Positions 38,748 to 47,492 of a stretch of 64,000 bases of DNA are shown here, in pieces. The stretch lies in contig CBFGKC010000001.1 in NCBI GenBank assembly GCA_965649265.1, positions 45,119 to 109,118 on the forward strand, written 5' to 3'. Each line of letters starts with the position of its first letter. Within the stretch, counting starts at the first letter, position 1. The translations under genes and the position numbers were made by a program. The notes under the pieces were generated by a model, which made no database searches, was not told where the DNA came from, and worked only from the letters and a program-made list of their open reading frames with translations. The DNA comes from a candidate division WOR-3 bacterium. Lineage in GTDB: Bacteria; Hydrothermota; Tepidihabitantia; B3-TA06.

Positions 38748-40262
38748 TTAAACCGCCTCGCGGAAGAAGCTGTCGAAAGCCTGCGGGCGGAGGTATTTTT
38801 TGAGTTTTTTAATGGAACGCTCTTTTATCTGTCGCGCCGCCTCGCGCGAGATGTTCAGCAAGTCGCCTATTTCTCGTAAGTTAAGCTCTTGCTGCGGAGG
38901 CGTAATGCCCCAGAAAAGCGCCATTATCTCGGTCTCGATGAGCTCGAACCCCTCGAACTGATCGGTCAGCATGGAGGCCATATTTTTTACAACCTTGCTC
39001 ATTACACGCAGCATAATTTTACGCGAGGCTTCATCCGTTTTTTTCAAAACCTCCGGCAAAGCCTGAAGCTGGACAGGGGTGAGTTTTGCGTAATGTCGTA
39101 AACCTTCGTCACCTATGCTGCGGCGCAGTCGTGAGATGAGTTTTCTTGATGCTGTGCAGAGCGTGTGCTGGATGTCCTCACTGCTTGAACCGAAGATATT
39201 TGAGATACGTTTCAAATTAAAGCGACCCTGCGGAAGCGGGATTCCAAAGTGCCGCGTAACCACGTACAGTTCCCTGTCGGCAAGCGCGTCGTAAAGCGAT
39301 GCACGCACGTCGCGCTCAATCTGCTCGCGACCAGAGAGCTCGGTGGGCAGGGGGGAGGTAGTGTCCTTGAGCACTTCTTCGAAGGTGACCTTGGAATCAT
39401 CGAACGGCAGGGCGTCTATTGAGAGTTCTGCGACTCCGCAGTCGAAAGCACACGAGACCTCCTCGGGCGATACCTCAAGCTCGCGTGCCAGCTCTTCTAT
39501 CGAGGGAGTCCTTCCGAATCTTTGGGCCAGGATGCCGTAACTGTCACGAATTTTTTTTGCAAGGTTACGCATCTTTATAGGAAGCTTTATGAGATGGCGA
39601 GAGGCAAGAGCAGTGACGATGTAGTAGCGTATCCACCAGTTCGAGTACGTGGTCAGTCGTGTCTTGCGGGCCTCGTCGAATTTTGAAACAGCCTGAATGA
39701 GACCGAGGTTGCCCTCGTTTATGAGTTCAGAGAGCGCGAGACCCCGGTTCTGGTACTGCTTGGCGATTGTGACGACCCAGCGGAGATTGTGAACAATTAG
39801 TTTGTCGCGAGCTTCGCGGTTATAATCCAGGAGACCCGCGTTGGCGGCGGGAGAGTCCGGCTCGACCTCGACCACGACAAGCCCTTGTTTGATGTTCCCT
39901 ATGGATTTCCTCTGTTCCGGGGCAATCTCCCCAAGCTCGATAAGTTTCATACCCAGGATGGAGACTGACCGATCGACCTTCTCTTTCATAGGGGGCATCA
40001 GGGCTGGAAGGACCAGCATCATCTCGACCTCTCTACCGGATCGAATGCATCCAAGGGAAACTTGTGAGCTTGCGCCCTCACGCTTGAGCTGCTTGATCAG
40101 GCTTGAACGGGAAGCCAGGGGCTTCCCGTTCAACGAGATTATCAAATCACCGAACTTGGCCTGCTTTGCGTACCCCTCCTCCTCTTCACGCGTGAGCAAC
40201 GGGTAGCGCATTATTTGCTTGAAATAGCGCCCCAGCGAGCGGTCGGATGCCCATCTAAGCAT
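38748..40262 (-). CDS. RpoD/RpoS-family sigma-70 factor with a PDZ-like insertion and a duplicated sigma-4 region
   Basis: Region 1.2 YFKQIMRYPLLTREEE; region 2 NLRWVVTIAKQYQNRGL..LINEGNLGLIQAVSKFD..TYSNWWIR; region 3 GRTPSIEELA; region 4 LREIGDLLNISREAARQI; PDZ motifs GDLIISLNGKP and VVEVEPDSPAANAGL. Confidence 0.85.
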   Translation of the reverse strand: MLRWASDRSLGRYFKQIMRYPLLTREEEEGYAKQAKFGDLIISLNGKPLASRSSLIKQLKREGASSQVSLGCIRSGREVEMMLVLPALMPPMKEKVDRSVSILGMKLIELGEIAPEQRKSIGNIKQGLVVVEVEPDSPAANAGLLDYNREARDKLIVHNLRWVVTIAKQYQNRGLALSELINEGNLGLIQAVSKFDEARKTRLTTYSNWWIRYYIVTALASRHLIKLPIKMRNLAKKIRDSYGILAQRFGRTPSIEELARELEVSPEEVSCAFDCGVAELSIDALPFDDSKVTFEEVLKDTTSPLPTELSGREQIERDVRASLYDALADRELYVVTRHFGIPLPQGRFNLKRISNIFGSSSEDIQHTLCTASRKLISRLRRSIGDEGLRHYAKLTPVQLQALPEVLKKTDEASRKIMLRVMSKVVKNMASMLTDQFEGFELIETEIMALFWGITPPQQELNLREIGDLLNISREAARQIKERSIKKLKKYLRPQAFDSFFREAV

Positions 40263-40299
40263 CGGTTCAACCCCTCCGTTCAATCATATTCTTATCTCC

Positions 40300-41793
40300 T
40301 TACTCCTGACGCATCGTTACAAAGAAACGCTGGCCCGAGCGGTAAACCTGGACAAGCATCACTTCTTTCCCCGATTTCTTGATCTCCGCCGCGGCCTTCG
40401 CGAAGGATTCGGAATCCGAGACCGCGCGGTTGTCGATCTTCAGAACCACATCGCCGGCCTGGATACCTGCATGAGACGCAACTGACCCCGACTTTACGTC
40501 CGTGACCAGCACGCCAGAAGCTATACCCAGGTTTTCCATATCGGATGAGGAGAGAGTGCGGATTGACATTCCAAATGGAGTTTCTTCCTGCTCGTTCAGA
40601 CCGTTTTTCTGTGCAAGCTCGCCTTCTGGATACACAACAAGCTTTGCTTTGATGCTCATGGTTTTACCGTCGCGCCAGACTTTGAGATCAACCGTGGAAC
40701 CGGGCGAGATCGCGGCCACTCGTTCGCGGAAATCTTCTACCCCTCTGATATCATTTCCATTCAGGGCAAGTATTACATCCTGCTCTTGCAGTCCCGCCAT
40801 TTTGGCTGGCGTATCGGGAGAAACACTGCTCACAATGACCCCGGTTTTATCTTTTAAATTGAAACCAATAGCCTTCCGCATATCGCCGGTTAACTCCTGC
40901 GGCGCTATACCGAGGTAGCCTCGTTCTATCTTGCCTTTCTCGATGAGCTGGGTGGCGATGTTGCGGGCCATGTTCACGGGCACCGCGAAGCCGACGCCCA
41001 CGTTTCCGCCGTAAGGCGACGTTAAGGCAGAGTTTATGCCTATCACCTGTCCTTTAATGTTGCATAAGGGGCCGCCCGAGTTACCTGGATTGATGGCCGC
41101 GTCCGTCTGGATGAAATCCTGGTAGCGCTGCTGGGAGGGGAGGGGGAGGTTGGAGCGGCCTTTTGCCGAGATGACGCCGACGGTAAGAGTACCCTCTAAG
41201 CCGTAAGGGTTGCCGATAGCTATGGCCCAGTCGCCGACGCGGATCGAATCGGAGTTCCCGAGCGGGGCAACCGGCAGCTCATCGGTTGATTGAATCTTTA
41301 TGACCGCGATATCGGTCTGGGGGTCGCGGCCTATGAGTTTGACCTGTTTGCCAGTGAAGTTGCGGCCGTCGTGCAATGTAACTGTTATTTCGTCCGCGCC
41401 CTCGACAACGTGATTGTTTGTGATGATGTAGCCGTCCGGCCTGAAGATTACACCCGAGCCAAGACTCTGGCTCGTCTGCTCTCTCGGTGCTTCAGGGATC
41501 TCGTCGCCGAAGAAGCGGCGCAGTAAAGGATCGTCGAAGGGAAAAATCCCCTGAACCTTAACCTTGCGAGTGGTTCCGATGTTCACGACCGCTGGTATCA
41601 CGTCGTCGGCAACCTTTACGAATGGACTGTCTCCAGCCGCAATGCCTGAAAGGCTATGCGTGGTGGGTTGTTCCTGGGCCTGGGCGCGGGGGAATAGCCC
41701 TAAAACGCCTGCCAGAACAAGCCCAATGCTGAAGGCCGCAACCGCGGCCGACCCTACCATTATCCCGACCCATTTTGGTGAAAGTTCTTTCAT
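40300..41793 (-). CDS. degP: DegP/HtrA (Do family) serine protease with two PDZ domains
   Basis: N-terminal TM; GSGVI, TNNHVV, DIAVIK and QTDAAINPGNSGGPL motifs; two PDZ domains. Confidence 0.93.
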   Translation of the reverse strand: MKELSPKWVGIMVGSAAVAAFSIGLVLAGVLGLFPRAQAQEQPTTHSLSGIAAGDSPFVKVADDVIPAVVNIGTTRKVKVQGIFPFDDPLLRRFFGDEIPEAPREQTSQSLGSGVIFRPDGYIITNNHVVEGADEITVTLHDGRNFTGKQVKLIGRDPQTDIAVIKIQSTDELPVAPLGNSDSIRVGDWAIAIGNPYGLEGTLTVGVISAKGRSNLPLPSQQRYQDFIQTDAAINPGNSGGPLCNIKGQVIGINSALTSPYGGNVGVGFAVPVNMARNIATQLIEKGKIERGYLGIAPQELTGDMRKAIGFNLKDKTGVIVSSVSPDTPAKMAGLQEQDVILALNGNDIRGVEDFRERVAAISPGSTVDLKVWRDGKTMSIKAKLVVYPEGELAQKNGLNEQEETPFGMSIRTLSSSDMENLGIASGVLVTDVKSGSVASHAGIQAGDVVLKIDNRAVSDSESFAKAAAEIKKSGKEVMLVQVYRSGQRFFVTMRQE

Positions 41794-42119
41794 TATAGTT
41801 ATACCTCCATCTTGAGGATCTCTTGATCCTCGGAAATCATCCAACGCCGGGGATTCACCGGGGAGCGGTCTCTCGAGAGCATGCCTCCCGGTGGAAGGTT
41901 TTTTCCAAGACATGATTCCCCGCGTTTATAATCTCTTTTCACGAGTACATGGTGTCGTGCACCAGGCACAAGTGATTAAGACGTACAAGCCTGCCTTCTG
42001 GTTGCCTCCTTAATGAAAACGGACGGCAACAGCGGTTTGCATCCCCTGTGAACGCCCCACCCTCTCCTCCTACAAACACTGGGTTTCTCTGCACCCGGTA
42101 TATTATCTATCTCCCCGGC

Positions 42120-42743
42120 TTACTCCTCGGCCAGGAGTTTTGTAATCTCCTGTTCGAGGTCCTTCTGCATTCCTTCTGCGAACCCCACGTGATCGGCCGC
42201 AATCCTTCCCTTCTTATCCAGTATTAGCGTTCTCGGAATGCCTCTTACCTCGTAAAGCCTGCCCGCCTCGCTTTTCTCGTCCACGAGAACGGTGTAGTTT
42301 ATACCGAGTTCGGCTTTTATTTTAGCTAAATTCGCCTTTTTATCAAGCCCCACACCGATTATCACTAACCCCTTGTTCTTATAAGCCTCATAAATCTTAA
42401 CGAGATGGGGTATCTCGGCCTTGCAAGGGGGACACCACGAGGCCCAGAAGTCAATGAGCACGACTTTCCCTTTATAAGACGAAAGTACGTGACTTGTGCC
42501 GTCAAGATCGAGAAGGGTGAAGTTTGATGACATCTTTCTGTCCTTGCCCGGGTCCTCGGTCTGCACGGGATTAACGACGTCTTTAGTATCCGTGATCATT
42601 TTCGTCGTATCGCTGCCGGCGGTCTCCGCGCGGCTCGCGTCCTGCGGTTGGCTCGAGATAACCTCGTCCTTGGGTTTCTGATTGCACCCCGAAAGAAGGA
42701 CAAAAATTACTGCAAAAATCGCAGCGGGAATTCCTTTTTTCAT
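42120..42743 (-). CDS. TlpA/ResA-family thiol-disulfide oxidoreductase lipoprotein
   Basis: Lipobox LSGC; DFWASWCPPC; GIP cis-Pro motif. Confidence 0.9.
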   Translation of the reverse strand: MKKGIPAAIFAVIFVLLSGCNQKPKDEVISSQPQDASRAETAGSDTTKMITDTKDVVNPVQTEDPGKDRKMSSNFTLLDLDGTSHVLSSYKGKVVLIDFWASWCPPCKAEIPHLVKIYEAYKNKGLVIIGVGLDKKANLAKIKAELGINYTVLVDEKSEAGRLYEVRGIPRTLILDKKGRIAADHVGFAEGMQKDLEQEITKLLAEE

Positions 42744-42758
42744 TATACTTATGTCTCC

Positions 42759-43742
42759 TTAAATATTTGACTTTTCGAGAGCAGCCGACGAAAGGTAATG
42801 CTCAACCTCAATGGCTGCCGAAGCACCCTGCCCCACAGCGACGGCAATCTGGCGGACGGAGTCCGAACGCACGTCTCCTGCGGCCCATACGCCTGCAAGA
42901 TTGGTCATCAACCGCTCATCTGTTCTGACGAACCCCCACTGGTCAAGTTCGACTAATCCCTTGAAAGGCTCGGTTTGGGGAATAAGGCCTACCCAGATGA
43001 ATACCCCCGAGCAGGATATTACACGCTCCTCGGACGTAGCTCGGGAACGGACTCGAACACCTGTGACCACGTCTCCGCCTTCAATAGCGACGACCTCGTG
43101 GTTGGTCACGAAGGAGCCGCGGCCCCAGGCAAGGAAGCGGTCCACCAGGATGCGCTCCGCCTGGATGGTGGGCAGGTATTCGACTATGGTGATTTTTGAA
43201 GCATACTTGGCAAGGAACAAGGACTCCTGAACACCCGAGTTCCCGGCACCGACTACAACCAGTTCCTTGTCCTTAAAGAACGGCCCGTCGCATGTAGCGC
43301 AGTAGCTGACCCCGCGGCCGCGAAATTCACTCTCGCCCGGAACACCTATCTTCTTGTGGGTAGTACCCGTTGCGATGATAACGGCGCGGCTGCGGACTTC
43401 CTTGCCGGCGACTCGGAGAACCTTGGGAGAGGATTCGAGATCAACTATCTCGGGCTCGGCGATTAAGACCTCTGCGCCGAAGCGTTTCGCCTGGCTCTCC
43501 ATCGCCCTGCCGAGTTCCGAACCGGAAACCCCTTCGGGAAAGCCTGGATAGTTCTCGATCCATTCGGTCGTCGTCACGAGTCCTCCGGTGACCCCTTTTT
43601 CCGCGACGAGGGTCGTGAGATTGGCGCGTGCGGCGTAGATGGCTGCAGTAAGCCCGGTGGGACCTCCACCTATGATGACTACATCGTATAACTCCTTGAG
43701 GAGTGAAGACTCGGGTGCCTTTACCTGGAACGAGAACTCCAT
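42759..43742 (-). CDS. trxB: Thioredoxin-disulfide reductase
   Basis: GGGPTG, IENYPGF, GVSYCATCDG, GAGNSG and AAGDV motifs. Confidence 0.95.
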   Translation of the reverse strand: MEFSFQVKAPESSLLKELYDVVIIGGGPTGLTAAIYAARANLTTLVAEKGVTGGLVTTTEWIENYPGFPEGVSGSELGRAMESQAKRFGAEVLIAEPEIVDLESSPKVLRVAGKEVRSRAVIIATGTTHKKIGVPGESEFRGRGVSYCATCDGPFFKDKELVVVGAGNSGVQESLFLAKYASKITIVEYLPTIQAERILVDRFLAWGRGSFVTNHEVVAIEGGDVVTGVRVRSRATSEERVISCSGVFIWVGLIPQTEPFKGLVELDQWGFVRTDERLMTNLAGVWAAGDVRSDSVRQIAVAVGQGASAAIEVEHYLSSAALEKSNI

Positions 43743-43755
43743 GAGTGGGCCTTTC

Positions 43756-44421
43756 TCAGGATTTAGGTTCGGTCACCGCGGCCAGAACCTGCTCCACCAC
43801 CGCCTGATCGGGCAGTGCGCCCTCGAACTGCAATTTTTCGTTGATTATCGTTTTTGGAACCCCGTACACGGCGTAGCGGTTCGCAAGATGAGGGAACTCA
43901 ACCGACTCAATCATATGCGCCTTAATGTAAGCGGGGTTTGCCATAGCAATCTTGTGAGCGGCGCGAACGGCCTGAGGACAATAGGGGCAAGTGGGAGTTA
44001 CGAACACCTTTATGTCCACGGGTGTCGTTATGGCTGCAAGTTTGGCATTCAGCGCTTCATCGAGGTCGGATTTGCCTGTGGAGACATCAATGATGTCGGC
44101 AAGAAGAGAGGAGAATTCGTAACCCGAAGGAACCCCGAAGAATCGGATTCCGTAGTCTTTATCGCCCTCACCGAGAAGGATGATGGCCGGAACCTTGTCT
44201 ACGTTGTATTCCTTTGCGTCTTCGCTCTCGATCATAAGATTTCGAATATCAAGCGTGAGCTTAGTCGAAAGGGAGGCGAGTTCGGTCAATATCTCCTCCG
44301 TTGGTTTGCAGTACTCGCACTCAAGATTCTGGGAAAAGAGAAGTATTTTTACAGGACCCTTCAACTTTTCATTAAACTGATCGGAGATGTATTTCTTGTC
44401 TTCATCTTTTAAAATAGGCAT
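43756..44421 (-). CDS. Protein disulfide oxidoreductase (PDO / AhpF-NTD-like, two CxxC)
   Basis: CEYC and CPYC sites; GIRFFGVPSGYEFSSL; GVPKTIIN. Confidence 0.9.
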   Translation of the reverse strand: MPILKDEDKKYISDQFNEKLKGPVKILLFSQNLECEYCKPTEEILTELASLSTKLTLDIRNLMIESEDAKEYNVDKVPAIILLGEGDKDYGIRFFGVPSGYEFSSLLADIIDVSTGKSDLDEALNAKLAAITTPVDIKVFVTPTCPYCPQAVRAAHKIAMANPAYIKAHMIESVEFPHLANRYAVYGVPKTIINEKLQFEGALPDQAVVEQVLAAVTEPKS

Positions 44422-44494
44422 TTGTGATCCTCCATAGCATATTTGATTTTGATCGCACGCCAGATAACTTATGACGACAATCCTTGAAATCTTA

Positions 44495-44578
44495 TGCCGA
44501 AGGAGGGAGTCGAACCCTCACGGAGCAAGCTCCAACGGATTTTGAGTCCGCCGCGTATGCCAATTCCACCACTTCGGC
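44495..44578 (-). tRNA. tRNA-Leu(CAA)
   Basis: GCCGAAGTGGTGGAATTGGCATACGCGGCGGACTCAAAATCCG...GGTTCGACTCCCTCCTTCGGCA; long variable arm; anticodon CAA. Confidence 0.95.
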
Positions 44579-44695
44579 ATGCTTTAGAGTAACCTATTTT
44601 AAAACAAATAGTGGTCGTGTCAAGGTTTTCAGCAATCATCCCTCCCCAGTAAGGTCGAATTGTGCCCGATTAGAGACTGGAGAAGCTCGATTCAC

Positions 44696-45796
44696 TCAAT
44701 CGAGCAGTATGGGCATGAGCAGGTAGAAGCGGTTCTGTTCTTCTCTCGTACCTTTGCCGTGGATGAGTACTGCGGAGAGCGCCCCTGTTATATCGAAGAC
44801 GACCTCATCCGTCTCTATGTGGCGAAGGATATCGAGGAGGTAGGAACCGTTGTATGCTACCTCAAATGTCTCGCCCTTGTATCCGGCGGGCAGCTCCTCG
44901 TGAGCCTCCTCACCCTCCGGCGAAAATGAGGATAGCTCGAGATTCTTCTTTCCAAGCACGAACTTTATCTGCCTCGTTACCTGGTTCGTGAATATCATCA
45001 TCCTCCGGAGTGCGGCGTTCAGTTCATCCCGGTTAACGGTAAGCACGTTCTTTATCTCCTTCGGGATGACCTTCTCGTAATCGGGATAAGGACCCTCGAT
45101 AAGTCTCGAGACCACCTCGGTCGCACCGAAGGAAAGGCCGATCTTCGTCGAGTCTATAGACACGTCCACAGGGCCGTCAAGCTCCTTGGGAAAGAAGTTG
45201 AATATCTTGGTCGGCAATATCTGTGATCTATCTTCAATCTTCGGATAGTTCTCACGGTCTTCACTGACAGCCATGCGATGACCGTCGGTCGCAACCATGC
45301 GGTTCTTTTTTTCCTTAAGCTCCCAGAAGATACCGGTCATGGCAGGCCTGTCCTCGCCTTTCGAGACCGCAAACTCAACTGCTTCAAAGATGTGTCTCAG
45401 CTCTTCACCTTCAACAGAGAATTTCGTTTCCTTGGGAAGCTCAAACATCCTTGGAAACTCTTCGGCGTCGAGAATCGGCATCTTGAATACGCTTCTTCCT
45501 GCCTTGACTATGACGCGATTCTCTTCGCGCGTGAATTCGATGTCGTCGGCATTGCTTTCCCTGACAATGCTTAGAATCTTGCGGCCGGGAAGAAGGACCT
45601 TTGCTTCTTCCTTTGCTTTTATACCGGTCCAGGTCTTGACGTATATATCAAGATCGGTCGCGAGAAAGCTTAATCTATCTGCTTCGGTTGAACAGAGTAT
45701 GTTTTGAATTATCGGATAAGGCGTGCGAGAAGGAATGACTCCAACAACTCTGTTAATTAAATCTTCCAAGAGATTTTTCTCAAGTTTAAACCACAT
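44696..45796 (-). CDS. dnaN: DNA polymerase III beta sliding clamp
   Basis: ATDLD, VATDGHRM, SRLIEGPYPDYEKVIP and YLLMPI motifs; downstream of dnaA. Confidence 0.97.
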   Translation of the reverse strand: MWFKLEKNLLEDLINRVVGVIPSRTPYPIIQNILCSTEADRLSFLATDLDIYVKTWTGIKAKEEAKVLLPGRKILSIVRESNADDIEFTREENRVIVKAGRSVFKMPILDAEEFPRMFELPKETKFSVEGEELRHIFEAVEFAVSKGEDRPAMTGIFWELKEKKNRMVATDGHRMAVSEDRENYPKIEDRSQILPTKIFNFFPKELDGPVDVSIDSTKIGLSFGATEVVSRLIEGPYPDYEKVIPKEIKNVLTVNRDELNAALRRMMIFTNQVTRQIKFVLGKKNLELSSFSPEGEEAHEELPAGYKGETFEVAYNGSYLLDILRHIETDEVVFDITGALSAVLIHGKGTREEQNRFYLLMPILLD

Positions 45797-46026
45797 CTAT
45801 CCTCCTCTGTTTCAACAACAGTATAAATTTAATCTTACTCATGTTGTTGTTGTTGTCAATGTTGAAAAGGTGGATTTCACTGTAATTTATTTTTTTGCTC
45901 AACTTAGAAACCTTTGCCGTTGTTGAAAAATTTGTATATTTGTGGGGAGAGTTGTTGAAAATAATCCAGCTGAAGCTTTATTCCACATGCTCGTTCACAG
46001 GTTCTTAACAACTCTTTCCACATTGG
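45797..46026. other. Putative chromosomal origin oriC
   Basis: dnaA-dnaN intergenic region, AT-rich; DnaA-box-like TATTCCACA, CTTTCCACA and repeated TGTTGAAAA; trinucleotide run TGTTGTTGTTGT (DnaA-trio-like) next to AT-rich TATAAATTTAAT. Confidence 0.8.
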
Positions 46027-47349
46027 TTAACCCCTGTTTATCCTCTGTTCTATGCCTGTAAGCTGTTCCTTGAAATCGGCATCCTCCTCGGTAAGGCGCT
46101 TGACCTTTTCGATGGCGTGTATGACCGTCGTGTGATCCTTACCACCGAAGAAGCGTCCTATCTCTTTCAAGGGCAAACCGAGGAGCTTTCTCATCAGGAA
46201 CATCGCCGACTGTCTGGCAAGCGCAAGATTAGCGGCCCTCGAGCGCGAGAGCATCTCCTCAGTGCTTATGTTGAAGGTTCGGGCGACGTGTTTGGCGATT
46301 CTGTTTGGGGTGGTCTTCGGGCGGTTCCTTAAAAGTTCGTGAAGAACCTCCTCGGCAAGGGCGGTCGTCATGGAGCGACCGGTAAGGGAGGAGAGTGCCA
46401 GAAGACGTATGAGAGTGCCTTCGAGTTCCCTTACATTGGAGCGAACCCTTGAGGCTATGTAGTATGCAACATCCTGCGGAAGTCCCTGGCCCTCAGATTC
46501 GGCTTTAGAGCGAAGAATCGCAATGCGGGTCTCGAGGTCAGGAGGCTGGATGTCCACGACCAGCCCGCCTGAAAAACGGGAAGCAAGCCGCTCTTCCAGG
46601 GTGGGGATCTCCCTCGGCGGCCTGTCGGAGGTCAACACCACCTGCTTGCCGCCTTCGTAGAGATGATTAAACAGGTGGAAAATCTCTTCCTGGAGTGATT
46701 CCTTGCCGCGCAGGAAGTGTATGTCGTCGATGAGGAGAATATCCTTCGAACGGTAGCGATTCTTGAACTCCATGCGAGTATTCTTCTCGACGGCGTCAAT
46801 AAGTTCTATGAAAAGTGTTTCCGCCGGTATATAAGTAACCGATAGTTTTGGCTTTGTTCGAGCCAGGTAATTACCTATGGCCTGCAAGAGATGAGTTTTG
46901 CCGAGACCGACACCACCGTAAATGAACAGTGGATTGTAGACCTCGGACGGCGCTTCCGCCACTGCCAGTGCTGCTGCATGCGCAAAGCGGTTGTGCTCGC
47001 CGACGACGAAGTTGGTAAAGGCGTACCGCTCTTGCAGGTGCGAACCGTCCTGTGCGTAAACGATCCGACGACGCACAAATTTCGGCCTTGCCGCGCCGGG
47101 ATCAACCTTACGCGCCTGAAAGGCTACACGCAGTCCGCCCGAATTTACCTCGGTTAATGCTTCGGCAAGCGCCTTGCCGTAATATTCCTCGATCCATTCG
47201 ACGAAGAACGGATTAGGGACCTCAACGAGGATCGTATTATCGCGCACCTGGAGGAAACGCGTAGGTCTGAACCATGTGTTGAAACCTTCTTCAGTTATGC
47301 GGGGCTTGAGCCTTTCGAGTACCGCATCCCAAAGAGCAAGATCACTCAA
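46027..47349 (-). CDS. dnaA: Chromosomal replication initiator DnaA
   Basis: YNPLFIYGGVGLGKTHL, LLIDDI, RLASRF, NVRELEG and GGKDHTTV motifs; TTG start with GAGGAGG RBS. Confidence 0.98.
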   Translation of the reverse strand: MSDLALWDAVLERLKPRITEEGFNTWFRPTRFLQVRDNTILVEVPNPFFVEWIEEYYGKALAEALTEVNSGGLRVAFQARKVDPGAARPKFVRRRIVYAQDGSHLQERYAFTNFVVGEHNRFAHAAALAVAEAPSEVYNPLFIYGGVGLGKTHLLQAIGNYLARTKPKLSVTYIPAETLFIELIDAVEKNTRMEFKNRYRSKDILLIDDIHFLRGKESLQEEIFHLFNHLYEGGKQVVLTSDRPPREIPTLEERLASRFSGGLVVDIQPPDLETRIAILRSKAESEGQGLPQDVAYYIASRVRSNVRELEGTLIRLLALSSLTGRSMTTALAEEVLHELLRNRPKTTPNRIAKHVARTFNISTEEMLSRSRAANLALARQSAMFLMRKLLGLPLKEIGRFFGGKDHTTVIHAIEKVKRLTEEDADFKEQLTGIEQRINRG

Positions 47350-47360
47350 GGCTCCTCCTC

Positions 47361-47381
47361 TTATCCACAAAGTTATCCACA
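47361..47381 (+). promoter_or_regulatory. Two perfect DnaA boxes in the dnaA leader
   Basis: TTATCCACA at 47361-47369 and 47373-47381; promoter TTGACA (47487-47482)-16-TATATT on the - strand. Confidence 0.9.
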
Positions 47382-47492
47382 CTCATACCAAACATAAATC
47401 ACCATTTGTTTAAGCTTAACCCTGTACTCCCGCTTAACGGGGTAATTGGGGATAGGTGAAATATACTCTTTCCTTGCCGATTGTCAAGTACT

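Noticed and set aside
41794-42119. Possible 6S RNA or other ncRNA upstream of degP
   Set aside because: Some hairpins are present, but I could not identify a long closing stem with a central bubble or any family motif.
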